A stretch of DNA of 32,502 nt from Nitrospirota bacterium (GTDB lineage Bacteria > Nitrospirota > Thermodesulfovibrionia > Thermodesulfovibrionales > UBA1546): contig SCSY01000200.1 in NCBI GenBank assembly GCA_004298625.1, forward strand, positions 1 through 32,502. The letters are read 5' to 3'. Position 1 is the stretch's first letter; the number at the start of each line of letters is the position of its first letter. Under the pieces are notes generated by a model. The model searched no databases. It was not told where the DNA came from and worked only from the letters and a program-made list of their open reading frames with translations. Below, one piece after another: positions 23,567 through 31,608 of the stretch. The position numbers and the translations under genes are program-made.

Positions 23567-24574
23567 TCATGGATGGTCAAGTATTGAAGCCCGGGGTATG
23601 ATGAGCCTGTATTCTTCGTAAGTCACTGCTGAATTCCACTTGCCAGCTATCTTTCCAACCCCAACCGCGCCAAAGAACAGGCATATAACCAGAACTGCAA
23701 ATATAACAGGATTCAAGACTCTCTTCTTTGTGAAACCGATGTCAAGCGCTCCCTTCGCAGGGCAATGGCTTACACATGTTAGACATCCAGTGCATTCAGG
23801 GGATTTGATTCTTATCTTTTTATCAACAGGCAGAAGCGATGGGCAGTTCCTTGAGCATTTTCCGCAGTCAATGCATGAGTCGGTATTCCTTGTTATCTTT
23901 AAAAGACTGCCGAAGCTTATAAGCCCTAACATTGCTCCGTAAGGGCATAAATACCTGCACCAGAAATTCTTGAATGGAAGCGAGAGCAGAAACAATATGA
24001 GCAATGTAACAAACGTCACGGTCGTCATATTCGTGAAGAAATAGAGCATCTTTACATCGGCAATCTTATAGTAATCGCCTTCAAGGAATCTTAGAATCGC
24101 AAAAGAAGGCATCTTTATAACTATTACATAGATAAAAAACAACATCAGGATATATTTCAAAGACCTCAAAGGATAATCGGCATACCGGTGCATTACGAAA
24201 TTCCTGTTGAAAATCTTTCTCCCGAGTTTCCAGACAAAATCCGAAAGTGCGCCGACAGGGCATATCCATCCGCAAAAGCTTTTCTTAAGCAGCAATGCCA
24301 TCAGGATTGCCGCGATGAATATTACAAGCCCTGCAGGGTGGATTCGGTCGAATATACCTGCGGTAATCCATAGCTTTAACGCCATCAAGGCGCCGATGGG
24401 AAGGAATCCTTCAACCGAGGCCGGCCTGCCGACCGGCGTTAACAATGTGTTTGCAGAAGAGAAGTAATCAACAAACAAATAAAACCTGTATCCGGCATAA
24501 ATAAGAAAAAAGAAGACAGACCACTGGACCGCGTATCTTATATATCTCAGATATGAACGGTCAATCTTTTCCAT
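23567..24574 (-). CDS. Membrane polyferredoxin, NapH/MauN/YccM-like 4Fe-4S protein
   Basis: 335 aa with several TM helices. It has two CxxCP(V/Y)G motifs (FCGWICPVGA, FWCRYLCPYGA) and two ferredoxin-type clusters (CIDCGKCSRNCP, CTGCLTCVSHCP). Confidence 0.75.
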   Translation of the reverse strand: MEKIDRSYLRYIRYAVQWSVFFFLIYAGYRFYLFVDYFSSANTLLTPVGRPASVEGFLPIGALMALKLWITAGIFDRIHPAGLVIFIAAILMALLLKKSFCGWICPVGALSDFVWKLGRKIFNRNFVMHRYADYPLRSLKYILMLFFIYVIVIKMPSFAILRFLEGDYYKIADVKMLYFFTNMTTVTFVTLLILFLLSLPFKNFWCRYLCPYGAMLGLISFGSLLKITRNTDSCIDCGKCSRNCPSLLPVDKKIRIKSPECTGCLTCVSHCPAKGALDIGFTKKRVLNPVIFAVLVICLFFGAVGVGKIAGKWNSAVTYEEYRLIIPRASILDHP

Positions 24575-24618
24575 GTTTGATTTTAACCTGTTTCTTTAGC
24601 GGAAGGATATGATTTAAA

Positions 24619-24936
24619 TCAGGATTGGCTTTCAAGTATCTGCATGTCAAGCAGCCTTGCTCCGTGTATAACGCGCATTATAATTACCCGTGCCCCATCT
24701 ATTCTAAAAATTGTTCTGTAATTGCCATAGATGAGGTGACGGTACTTTCCGCCTAATTCGTGTGATTCCGGGATAACAGCACAGCGCATAGGGGATGTCT
24801 CCAGTGTCTCTATCTGTCGTTCGATTTCATCAACCAATCTGATTGCCGCAGTCTTGCTGTCTGTTGAAATATAATCAAAAATATACTGTATATCGGCCTC
24901 GGCTATACGGGTAATCTCAACCTTATGCCTTAGCAC
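24619..24936 (-). CDS. Type II toxin, RelE/ParE family
   Basis: 105 aa. ParE/RelE-like: ...AEADIQYIFDYIS...A..LVDEIERQIETL...P...V.PE......YRHLIYGNYRTIFRIDGARVIIMRVIHGARL. It overlaps the upstream antitoxin gene by 14 nt. Confidence 0.85.
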   Translation of the reverse strand: MLRHKVEITRIAEADIQYIFDYISTDSKTAAIRLVDEIERQIETLETSPMRCAVIPESHELGGKYRHLIYGNYRTIFRIDGARVIIMRVIHGARLLDMQILESQS

Positions 24937-25201
24937 GCCGCTTAAACTCCTTTAAAAATTCCCGCGCCGGCCTGGTACGCCTTTCTTTTACATCGGTTTC
25001 GGCTTCCGCAATCAGAGCGCCCAGGTTCAGCGCTTTGAGTTTTTTTTCGAAGACCTCAACATTAAGCAGTACAGCATCGGGTTTGCCGTTGACCGTAACA
25101 ATTATCGGCCTGCCAGTGCGGTGAAGCTGCTTAAAGACATCGCCTGTTTTTTTCTTTAAATCAGAGACTGTCTTAATATCCTCAGTAATACTTACAGACA
25201 T
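24923..25201 (-). CDS. Type II antitoxin, Phd/YefM family
   Basis: 92 aa. ...VSDLKKKTGDVFKQLHRTGRPIIVTVNGKPDAVLLNVEVFE... is a typical Phd/YefM N-domain. Confidence 0.85.
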   Translation of the reverse strand: MSVSITEDIKTVSDLKKKTGDVFKQLHRTGRPIIVTVNGKPDAVLLNVEVFEKKLKALNLGALIAEAETDVKERRTRPAREFLKEFKRRAKA

Positions 25202-25221
25202 CTTTTCTCACATCCTTTCTA

Positions 25222-25237
25222 ATACTAAATTTAGTAT
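25222..25237 (-). promoter_or_regulatory. 16-bp perfect palindrome ATACTAAATTTAGTAT, the likely toxin-antitoxin operator overlapping its promoter
   Basis: Read directly. It starts 21 nt upstream of the antitoxin ATG in an AT-rich stretch with -10-like hexamers. Autoregulatory operators in this position are standard for type II TA operons. Confidence 0.5.
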
Positions 25238-25395
25238 AAAATATCATACCATAACTAACTAAAAGTTGGGAGCTGATTTTTTTATTGGAGGAACAGGTGC
25301 CTCTCCCGCGCCGGAAGTTTTTGGGGGCAGCTATGCAATGCTCTGTCGAACTTGCGCGCTTGCTTGCTTCCATCCTGAATTCTATGTTGACGACC

Positions 25396-25947
25396 TTAAA
25401 GATGTTTCTTTGCAAGCTCCATTAAGCCGAATATCTTCAGGTCAATGGCATTTCCCTGCGTGCTTAAAGCATTCACCCTGTCATAAAATTCAGTTATCGG
25501 AATATTTAAAACCTCGATGTCCTCTGTCTCATCCCTTTGGCCGTTGCCCTTAAACTCAAGCCCTTTTGCAAGATATACGGTAAGCGTCTCGTCTGAAGAG
25601 CCTGATGATACAGGTCCCTCGGCGAGAAAAATCAATTCCCCGGCAGAATATCCGGTTTCCTCAAGAAGCTCTCTCCTTGCGGCAGCTTCGAGGGTTTCGC
25701 CTTTATCGTTAAGCCCTGCGGGAAACTCTATCACATATCTTCCAACAGCCGGCCTGAACTGTCTTATAATAAGCGCCTCCCTCCCTGCCGTAACAGGCAC
25801 GATTGCAACAATGCCGTCACAGTTAACTCTCTCAAATACCTCCCAGTCTCTTATCGAGCCGCTTGAATCTCTGTACGTTACACTCACGCACCTCAAAAAT
25901 TTTCCGCTCCATAAAATCTTTTTTTCTAAAATTTCATACATGCGCAC
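25396..25947 (-). CDS. NUDIX hydrolase (ADP-ribose pyrophosphatase-like)
   Basis: 183 aa. The Nudix box GLNDKGETLEAAARRELLEETGY matches GX5EX7REUXEEXGU. Confidence 0.87.
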   Translation of the reverse strand: MRMYEILEKKILWSGKFLRCVSVTYRDSSGSIRDWEVFERVNCDGIVAIVPVTAGREALIIRQFRPAVGRYVIEFPAGLNDKGETLEAAARRELLEETGYSAGELIFLAEGPVSSGSSDETLTVYLAKGLEFKGNGQRDETEDIEVLNIPITEFYDRVNALSTQGNAIDLKIFGLMELAKKHL

Positions 25948-26001
25948 TCCCGTTATAAAATGATTGCTCTTGACTCATGGGTGAACATAAGAATAAAATC
26001 A

Positions 26002-26077
26002 TGGTGGGCAGTCGCAGAATCGAACTGCGGACACGAGGCTTTTCAGGCCTCTGCTCTACCGACTGAGCTAACTGCCC
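26002..26077 (-). tRNA. tRNA-Phe (anticodon GAA), with CCA encoded
   Basis: Hand-folded cloverleaf: GGGCAGT-TA-GCTC-AGTCGGTA-GAGC-A-GAGGC-CTGAAAA-GCCTC-GTGTC-CGCAG-TTCGATT-CTGCG-ACTGCCC-A-CCA. Length 76 nt. Confidence 0.95.
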
Positions 26078-26092
26078 TGTATGATTAAGCGC

Positions 26093-26175
26093 AGAGTTAA
26101 AAATTAAAATTATAAGTTAAACCTTAATTGCAATCTTGTTGGATTAACTTTTAACTTTACACTTTTATCTTTTTT
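26093..26175 (+). other. AT-rich imperfect hairpin built from AGTTAAA units, followed by T6, between tRNA-Phe and lnt
   Basis: 26093-26123 pairs with 26141-26170. The 19 loop-proximal positions give 16 Watson-Crick pairs, and the outer part is poorer. TTTTTT is at 26170-26175. The AT-richness raises the chance-occurrence risk. Confidence 0.25.
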
Positions 26176-26186
26176 ATTGTCAAGGC

Positions 26187-27752
26187 ATGAGAAAATTTAT
26201 AACTGATAACTTCTTCCTTTACGGACCCTCCGTGCTTTCGGGGGTTCTGCTCATTTTCTGTTTCCCAAAATTCGATTTTTTCCCTCTGGCATGGGTCGCC
26301 CTTACGCCTTTTTTAATCTCGCTTTTGAATAAAAGGCCGGGCGAGGCGTTTCGCGCAGGTTTTTTTATGGGCCTACCGTATTTTTTTGGAACCCTGTATT
26401 GGATATACCATTCAATAAACCATTACGGCGGCATTCCTCTCATACCCAGCCTTGCAATAGTCTTTCTTCTCAGCATGTATTTGAGTCTTTACACCGGAAT
26501 ATTTGCGGCGCTTTTTTCCTGGAAGATAGCGACCACGCGGCTTCCCGCCCTTTTTCTTGCGCCTGTCTTGTGGGTAACCCTTGAGTTTGTCCGCTCGTAT
26601 GCGCTCACCGGATTTCCCTGGGCGAGCATCGGCTACTCCCAATACAGATTCCTGCACGCTATCCAGTTTGCCGACATCACGGGGATTTACGGCGTATCTT
26701 TTCTGGTTGTTGCCGTAAACGGCGTTCTTGCCGATTTCTTCATCATCAAAAAACGTCTTCGCGCTATGCCGTTGTTTTCGCTTTCTCCTTCGATAACCGG
26801 GGTCCTGCTGCTTTCGGTTTTCATGGCCTCCGTGTTTGTCTACGGATACTGGCGTCTTGGCGAAAAACGCCCCGGAAAATCAATCCGCACAAGCATTGTC
26901 CAGGGCAGCATCGAGCAGGACAGAAAATGGGACATCGCCTATCAGCAAGAGGTGGTTGATACATACAAAGATTTATCTCAGGCCGCCAATGCCATGTCTC
27001 CCTCTTTAATCGTGTGGCCGGAGACCGCGGTCCCTTTTTATTTCAGCGATGATAAGGTCTTTACACAGGAATTAATCGAGTTTCAGCAGACCTTAAAAAC
27101 ATATCTTTTATTCGGCAGCATTCTCATAAAAAACTCCCCAGCCCCAACCGGCGGAAATGCCTTAACAAACAGCGCCGTGCTTCTCGATCCCGATGGAAAG
27201 CCGACCTTTATTTATGATAAAATACATTTAGTCCCGTTTGGTGAATATGTCCCTCTGAGAAAACTCTTGTTTTTCGTGGATAAGCTTGTTGTGGGAATAG
27301 GAGATTATATTCCGGGTGAGCATTACATCAGGGCTGAAACACCTTATGGAAGTTTCGGTGTTTTTATATGTTACGAGATGATATTCCCGGGTCTTGTAAG
27401 AAAATTTTATTCCCGCGGCGGAGACTTTATGGTGACAATAACAAACGATGCCTGGTTTGGAAAAACAGCAGGGCCTTATCAGCATTTCAGCATGGCGGTA
27501 TTCCGGGCCGTTGAAAACAGGAAGCCGGTCATAAGGGCTGCCAATACAGGGATATCGGGGTTTATTGACAGCAACGGTATGATATTGGAAACAACACCGT
27601 TATTCCGGAAAACCGTCTTGACAACAGACTTTATGACGGATAAGACACGGAGTTTTTATTCCAGATACGGAGACCTGTTTTCATATCTTTGCATAGTGGC
27701 AACTGTGTTGTTATTAGTAAATATTTCGCGGTCTACGAATAATTGGAGGTAA
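26187..27752 (+). CDS. lnt: Apolipoprotein N-acyltransferase
   Basis: 521 aa. Polytopic N-terminal half, then a C-terminal nitrilase/CN-hydrolase domain (WPETA, KIHLVPFGEYVP, FICYE, ITNDAWFG). Confidence 0.9.
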   Translation: MRKFITDNFFLYGPSVLSGVLLIFCFPKFDFFPLAWVALTPFLISLLNKRPGEAFRAGFFMGLPYFFGTLYWIYHSINHYGGIPLIPSLAIVFLLSMYLSLYTGIFAALFSWKIATTRLPALFLAPVLWVTLEFVRSYALTGFPWASIGYSQYRFLHAIQFADITGIYGVSFLVVAVNGVLADFFIIKKRLRAMPLFSLSPSITGVLLLSVFMASVFVYGYWRLGEKRPGKSIRTSIVQGSIEQDRKWDIAYQQEVVDTYKDLSQAANAMSPSLIVWPETAVPFYFSDDKVFTQELIEFQQTLKTYLLFGSILIKNSPAPTGGNALTNSAVLLDPDGKPTFIYDKIHLVPFGEYVPLRKLLFFVDKLVVGIGDYIPGEHYIRAETPYGSFGVFICYEMIFPGLVRKFYSRGGDFMVTITNDAWFGKTAGPYQHFSMAVFRAVENRKPVIRAANTGISGFIDSNGMILETTPLFRKTVLTTDFMTDKTRSFYSRYGDLFSYLCIVATVLLLVNISRSTNNWR

Positions 27753-27753
27753 T

Positions 27754-28864
27754 ATGTTGCTTCAGGCTGAACTTAAAGAAGAACTATCACTTTTAAGGGC
27801 CTTGACGGAGTCCCTTAGAGGTTATCTTTGATGTTGCAGTTCTTCGTAAAGAAATAGAGGATATTAATAAAGAGCTTTCTTCGGCGTCTGTCTGGGACTC
27901 GCCTCAAAAAATGCACGGCCTGCAAAAAAGAAAGGCGTATATTGAAGACGTGCTCTTGCCGTTTGAGGCTGCATCCGACAAACTTGCTTACCTCGAAGAG
28001 TCCTTAAAAATACTCGATGAAGACGAGGGTGAAGTATTTCTCCAGGAGATCCGGCAGGAGGTCAAAGACCTGCGCAAAGAACTCGAAGATCTGGAACTCA
28101 GACACCTCCTTTCCGAAGAGCTTGATAAAAACAATGCAATTGTCTCTATCCATCCCGGCGCAGGCGGAACAGAAAGCCAGGATTGGGCGCAGATGCTGAT
28201 GAGAATGTATTTGCGCTGGGCGGAACAGCACAAATTTAACGCCCAGATCGTTGATCTTCAGCCAGGTGAAGAGGCTGGAATCAAGGGTGTAACTATAACC
28301 ATAAACGGGTCGTATGCATACGGCTTTATAAAGGCAGAGGCCGGCGTGCACAGGCTTGTCAGAATTTCCCCTTATGATGCAAATAAAAGGAGGCATACCT
28401 CTTTTGCCGCTGTTCTTGTTTATCCGGAAATCGAAGAAGATATAAATATTGAAATAAAACCTGATGAATTAAAGATTGACACATTCAGGGCTTCAGGGGC
28501 AGGCGGTCAGCATGTAAATAAAACTTCATCCGCAGTCAGGTTGACTCATATTCCCACAGGGATTGTCACAACATGCCAGAATGAACGTTCGCAGCATAAA
28601 AATAAGGCGACGGCTCTGAAAATTCTGAAGGCGCGTCTTTTTGCTCTTTCAGTTAAGGAACAGGACGCTAAGATTAAGGGAATGGTCGGCGATAAAAAAG
28701 ATATAGCGTGGGGCAGTCAGATAAGGTCTTACGTGCTTCAGCCGTATCGTCTTGTTAAGGACCATAGAACGGGTTTGGAGATTGGGAATGTTGATTCTGT
28801 GCTTAACGGCAACATTGATGAATTTATAAAAGGTTATCTGAAAAATAGAAAAGGAAAGGTGTAA
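27754..28864 (+). CDS. prfB: Peptide chain release factor 2, requiring a programmed +1 frameshift: join(27754..27828, 27830..28864)
   Basis: Frame 0 reads MLLQAELKEELSLLRALTESLRGYL, then an in-frame TGA at 27829-27831. Reading +1 gives DVAVLRKEIEDINKELSSASVWDSPQK-MHGLQ..., which joins track ORF 27911..28864. The GGQ motif (RASGAGGQHVNKT) and an SPF-like motif (RISPYD) are present. Confidence 0.95.
27817..27831 (+). promoter_or_regulatory. RF2 autoregulatory frameshift site (internal SD-like AGAGG, spacer, CTT TGA)
   Basis: agaggt-tat-ctt-tga read directly. This is the same architecture as the classical prfB frameshift cassette. Confidence 0.9.
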
Positions 28865-29059
28865 CTACTTCTTCTTTAAAGAATTAAGTATTTAATAGTA
28901 GTAGTAATAGGTAGTGTTGGTAAGTGGAAATATCAATATCATATTTGTTTCATAAAGGTTTTTAGTGTTGATAAGCAAAGCAAAATCAGCGCGAGTATTA
29001 AACAAAAATCAGCAGAGGAAAAAGAGAACAATATACTAACAGATAAACTAACAACTTCC

Positions 29060-29089
29060 TTGCTTGTGTTTATAAAGATAGGATATAAT
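29060..29089 (+). promoter_or_regulatory. Putative sigma70 promoter of dnaA
   Basis: TTGCTT (29060-29065), an 18-nt spacer, then TATAAT (29084-29089). This is about 68 nt upstream of the dnaA ATG. Confidence 0.4.
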
Positions 29090-29110
29090 AGTCCACCATC
29101 CGGGGAGAGT

Positions 29111-29128
29111 TACTAACACCTGTTAGTA
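29111..29128. promoter_or_regulatory. Perfect inverted repeat TACTAACA-CC-TGTTAGTA in the dnaA leader/operator region
   Basis: Read directly. The same ACTAACA heptamer recurs at 29035-29041 and 29047-29053. Confidence 0.4.
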
Positions 29129-29157
29129 GATTGTTAATAAAAATATAAGGCAAGGCA

Positions 29158-30489
29158 ATGAGCATAGAAGAAATTTGGGAGAAGAGTCTTTCAATAATAG
29201 AAGAGAAGGTCGGAAACAGCATATTTGAACTATGGTTCAGGCCTATCAAACCGCTTCATATAAAAGAGCAACAACTGACCCTTGAGGTGCCGAACAGATT
29301 CTTTAAGGAGTGGATAGAAGACTACTATCCGATTCTCGTAAACGAGGCGCTGGAGAAGATTTTGGGCCATCCTGTGACCTTGAAATATAAAATATCGGAA
29401 AAAGAAACTGCCGATATAAAAAGGCAGGAGGCTAAACTCGAAAACAGGAAGACCAAACTTGCAAGCAGGGGCATATACCTTAATCCAAAATATACCTTTG
29501 AGAACTTTATCGGCGGACCCAGCAATCAGTTTGCCGAGGCAGCGGCAAAGGCTGTGGCAGGCAGTCCGGGCAAGGTTTACAATCCCTTGTTTATTTATGG
29601 AGGCGTTGGTCTCGGGAAAACGCATTTAATAAGCGCAATCGGCAATAATGTTATAGACAACAAACACGAGTATAATGTGCTTTATGTGTCCTCGGAGCAA
29701 TTTACAAATGAGGTCGTATCGGCAATAAGGCACGGGAAGACAGAGGAACTGAAAAAAAAATACAGGAATGTTGATCTGCTTCTCATAGACGACATTCAGT
29801 TTGTGGAAAACAAGGTCCAGACACAGGAAGAGCTGTTCTATACGATTAATTCTCTTTATGAGAAACAGCGGCAGATAGTCATTTCCAGCGACAGGCCGCC
29901 TAAGGAGATAAAGTCTGTGACAGACAGGCTGCGGTCGCGTTTCGGTATGGGACTTATCGCCGACATACAGGCGCCGGAATTCGAGACGCGCGTGGCAATC
30001 ATCCACAAAAAAGCGGCAATGGAGAGGATAAACCTGAAAGAAGATGTTATAAATTTTATTGCGTCTAAAATAAAAACAAACATTCGGGAACTTGAAGGGG
30101 GACTGATCAGGCTCGGGGCTCAGGCCGCGCTGACAGGCAGCCCGATAGATGTGAGCATGGCAAAAAATGTTTTGAAGGACTTTATCCAGGATGATGAAAA
30201 GCCGATAACAGTGGAGCAGATACAAAAAACAGTCTGTGAATATTTCGGCCTTAAAATGCAGGACTTAAAGGCCAGAAAAAGAACCAAAGAGGTGGCTCTG
30301 CCGAGGCAGATAGCAATGTATCTGAGCAAGCAGCTTACAGCAGGCTCTCTGAGCGATATAGGGAAAAACATGGGGGGCAAGGATCACGCAACAGTTATCT
30401 ATGCCTGCAAGCAGATAGAAGATAAAAAATCAAAAGACGAGAATTTTAACAGGATGGTAGAGACCCTGTCTCATAAAATAAAACCTTAA
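29158..30489 (+). CDS. dnaA: Chromosomal replication initiator protein DnaA
   Basis: 443 aa. Walker A GGVGLGKTHL. LLIDDIQF. Sensor/box VII region SSDRPPKEI...RLRSRF. C-terminal DNA-binding domain (...IALPRQIAMYLSKQLT..SL..IG..MGGKDHATVIYA). Confidence 0.97.
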   Translation: MSIEEIWEKSLSIIEEKVGNSIFELWFRPIKPLHIKEQQLTLEVPNRFFKEWIEDYYPILVNEALEKILGHPVTLKYKISEKETADIKRQEAKLENRKTKLASRGIYLNPKYTFENFIGGPSNQFAEAAAKAVAGSPGKVYNPLFIYGGVGLGKTHLISAIGNNVIDNKHEYNVLYVSSEQFTNEVVSAIRHGKTEELKKKYRNVDLLLIDDIQFVENKVQTQEELFYTINSLYEKQRQIVISSDRPPKEIKSVTDRLRSRFGMGLIADIQAPEFETRVAIIHKKAAMERINLKEDVINFIASKIKTNIRELEGGLIRLGAQAALTGSPIDVSMAKNVLKDFIQDDEKPITVEQIQKTVCEYFGLKMQDLKARKRTKEVALPRQIAMYLSKQLTAGSLSDIGKNMGGKDHATVIYACKQIEDKKSKDENFNRMVETLSHKIKP

Positions 30490-30502
30490 TTTAGGAGGGG
30501 AC

Positions 30503-31606
30503 ATGAAGCTGAGCGTATCTAAGGCGGAATTGCAGGAAAAACTTTCGAATATTCAGAACATTGTCGAAAAAAGGAATACGATGCCGGTATTGAGCCACTT
30601 TCTTTTAGACGCAGGCAAAAAGAAATCGTATATAATTGCCACGGACCTTGAAACAGCAATCAAAGAACCTCTTGATATAAAAGTTGAAAAAGAAGGTAAA
30701 CTCTGCATCCCTGCAAGAAAGATGTTTGAGATAGTAAGAGAGGTGGACGGAGATATAACAATGGAGTCCGAGGACGGGCAGTGGCTCAAGGTTCGCGCCG
30801 GGATGAGCAAGTTCAAGCTTGCCTGCCTTTCAGCAAGCGAATTCCCTGCATGGCCGGGCATGGAAAATGTAGAAGAGATGCAGATGGACACGAAAAATCT
30901 CGTGGAGATGATAGAGAAAAGCCTTTATGCAGCAGGAGAGAGCGATACAAGGTATACCCTGAACGGCCTCCTGTTTCATGCAATGCCGGGCAGTGAAGAA
31001 ATAAATGTTGTGGGCACGGACGGTCACAGACTGGCCTGTATAAGCAGGAAGATAGACACTCCGTTAAAGGAAGAAAAAAAGGTTATCGTGCCGAGGAAGG
31101 CAGCGGCAGAGGTCAGGAAATTTCTTGACGGGGATATTGATAAGATAATAGTAGTTATCGGCAAAAGCCACGTGATGTTCAAGATAGAGGACGTGCAGTT
31201 TCTGACAAGGCTGATAGAGGGCACATATCCGAATTATGAACAGGTGATTCCCTCAGGCAATGAAAAGAAGATTGCAATCAACAAGGAAGAGTTTATAAAA
31301 GCGCTTCGGAGGGTATCTGTAATGAGCAGGGAAAAAAGCAATGCCATAAAAGCAGATTTTAGCGACGGGTCTCTATCAGTTTCAGCTTCAAACCCGGACC
31401 TTGGAGAGGCAAAAGATGAGGTCAAAGTAGAATATAAAGGCGAGCCGCTTTCCATGGGTTTTAATGCAAAGTATCTGCTGGATGCCCTGAATGCCATGTC
31501 CGGAGACAATATTGTCTTTGAACTTCAGGACCCGTTAAGCCCTACGCTTTTAAAAGAACAAGGCAGTGATAGTTATAAATGCGTGATAATGCCGATGAGA
31601 GTATAA
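30503..31606 (+). CDS. dnaN: DNA polymerase III beta sliding clamp
   Basis: 367 aa. MKLSVSKAELQEKLSNIQNIVEKRNTMPVLSHFLL..., ...TDGHRLA..., ...YPNYEQVIP... and ...IMPMRV are typical DnaN. GGAGGGG RBS. Confidence 0.97.
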   Translation: MKLSVSKAELQEKLSNIQNIVEKRNTMPVLSHFLLDAGKKKSYIIATDLETAIKEPLDIKVEKEGKLCIPARKMFEIVREVDGDITMESEDGQWLKVRAGMSKFKLACLSASEFPAWPGMENVEEMQMDTKNLVEMIEKSLYAAGESDTRYTLNGLLFHAMPGSEEINVVGTDGHRLACISRKIDTPLKEEKKVIVPRKAAAEVRKFLDGDIDKIIVVIGKSHVMFKIEDVQFLTRLIEGTYPNYEQVIPSGNEKKIAINKEEFIKALRRVSVMSREKSNAIKADFSDGSLSVSASNPDLGEAKDEVKVEYKGEPLSMGFNAKYLLDALNAMSGDNIVFELQDPLSPTLLKEQGSDSYKCVIMPMRV

Positions 31607-31608
31607 AA

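Noticed and set aside
25323-25340. GGGCAGCTATGCAATG as a possible att-type repeat of the tRNA-Phe 3' end (GGGCAGTCGCAGAATCG on the same strand)
   Set aside because: Only the GGGCAG and a few further bases match. There is no integrase or other mobile-element gene nearby, so the evidence for an integrated island is insufficient.
25182-25553. Track ORFs 25182..25415 (minus) and 25266..25553 (plus) in the NUDIX/antitoxin gap
   Set aside because: They have no RBS and an odd composition. They overlap the well-supported NUDIX gene or the TA promoter. Only the short GTG-initiated frame at 25297 has a good RBS, and it is reported separately at low interest.
28869-28886. Palindromic TTCTTTAAAGAA just after the prfB stop, as a possible terminator
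   Set aside because: It has a zero-length loop, an all-A/T stem and no U-tract, so it is not a credible intrinsic terminator.
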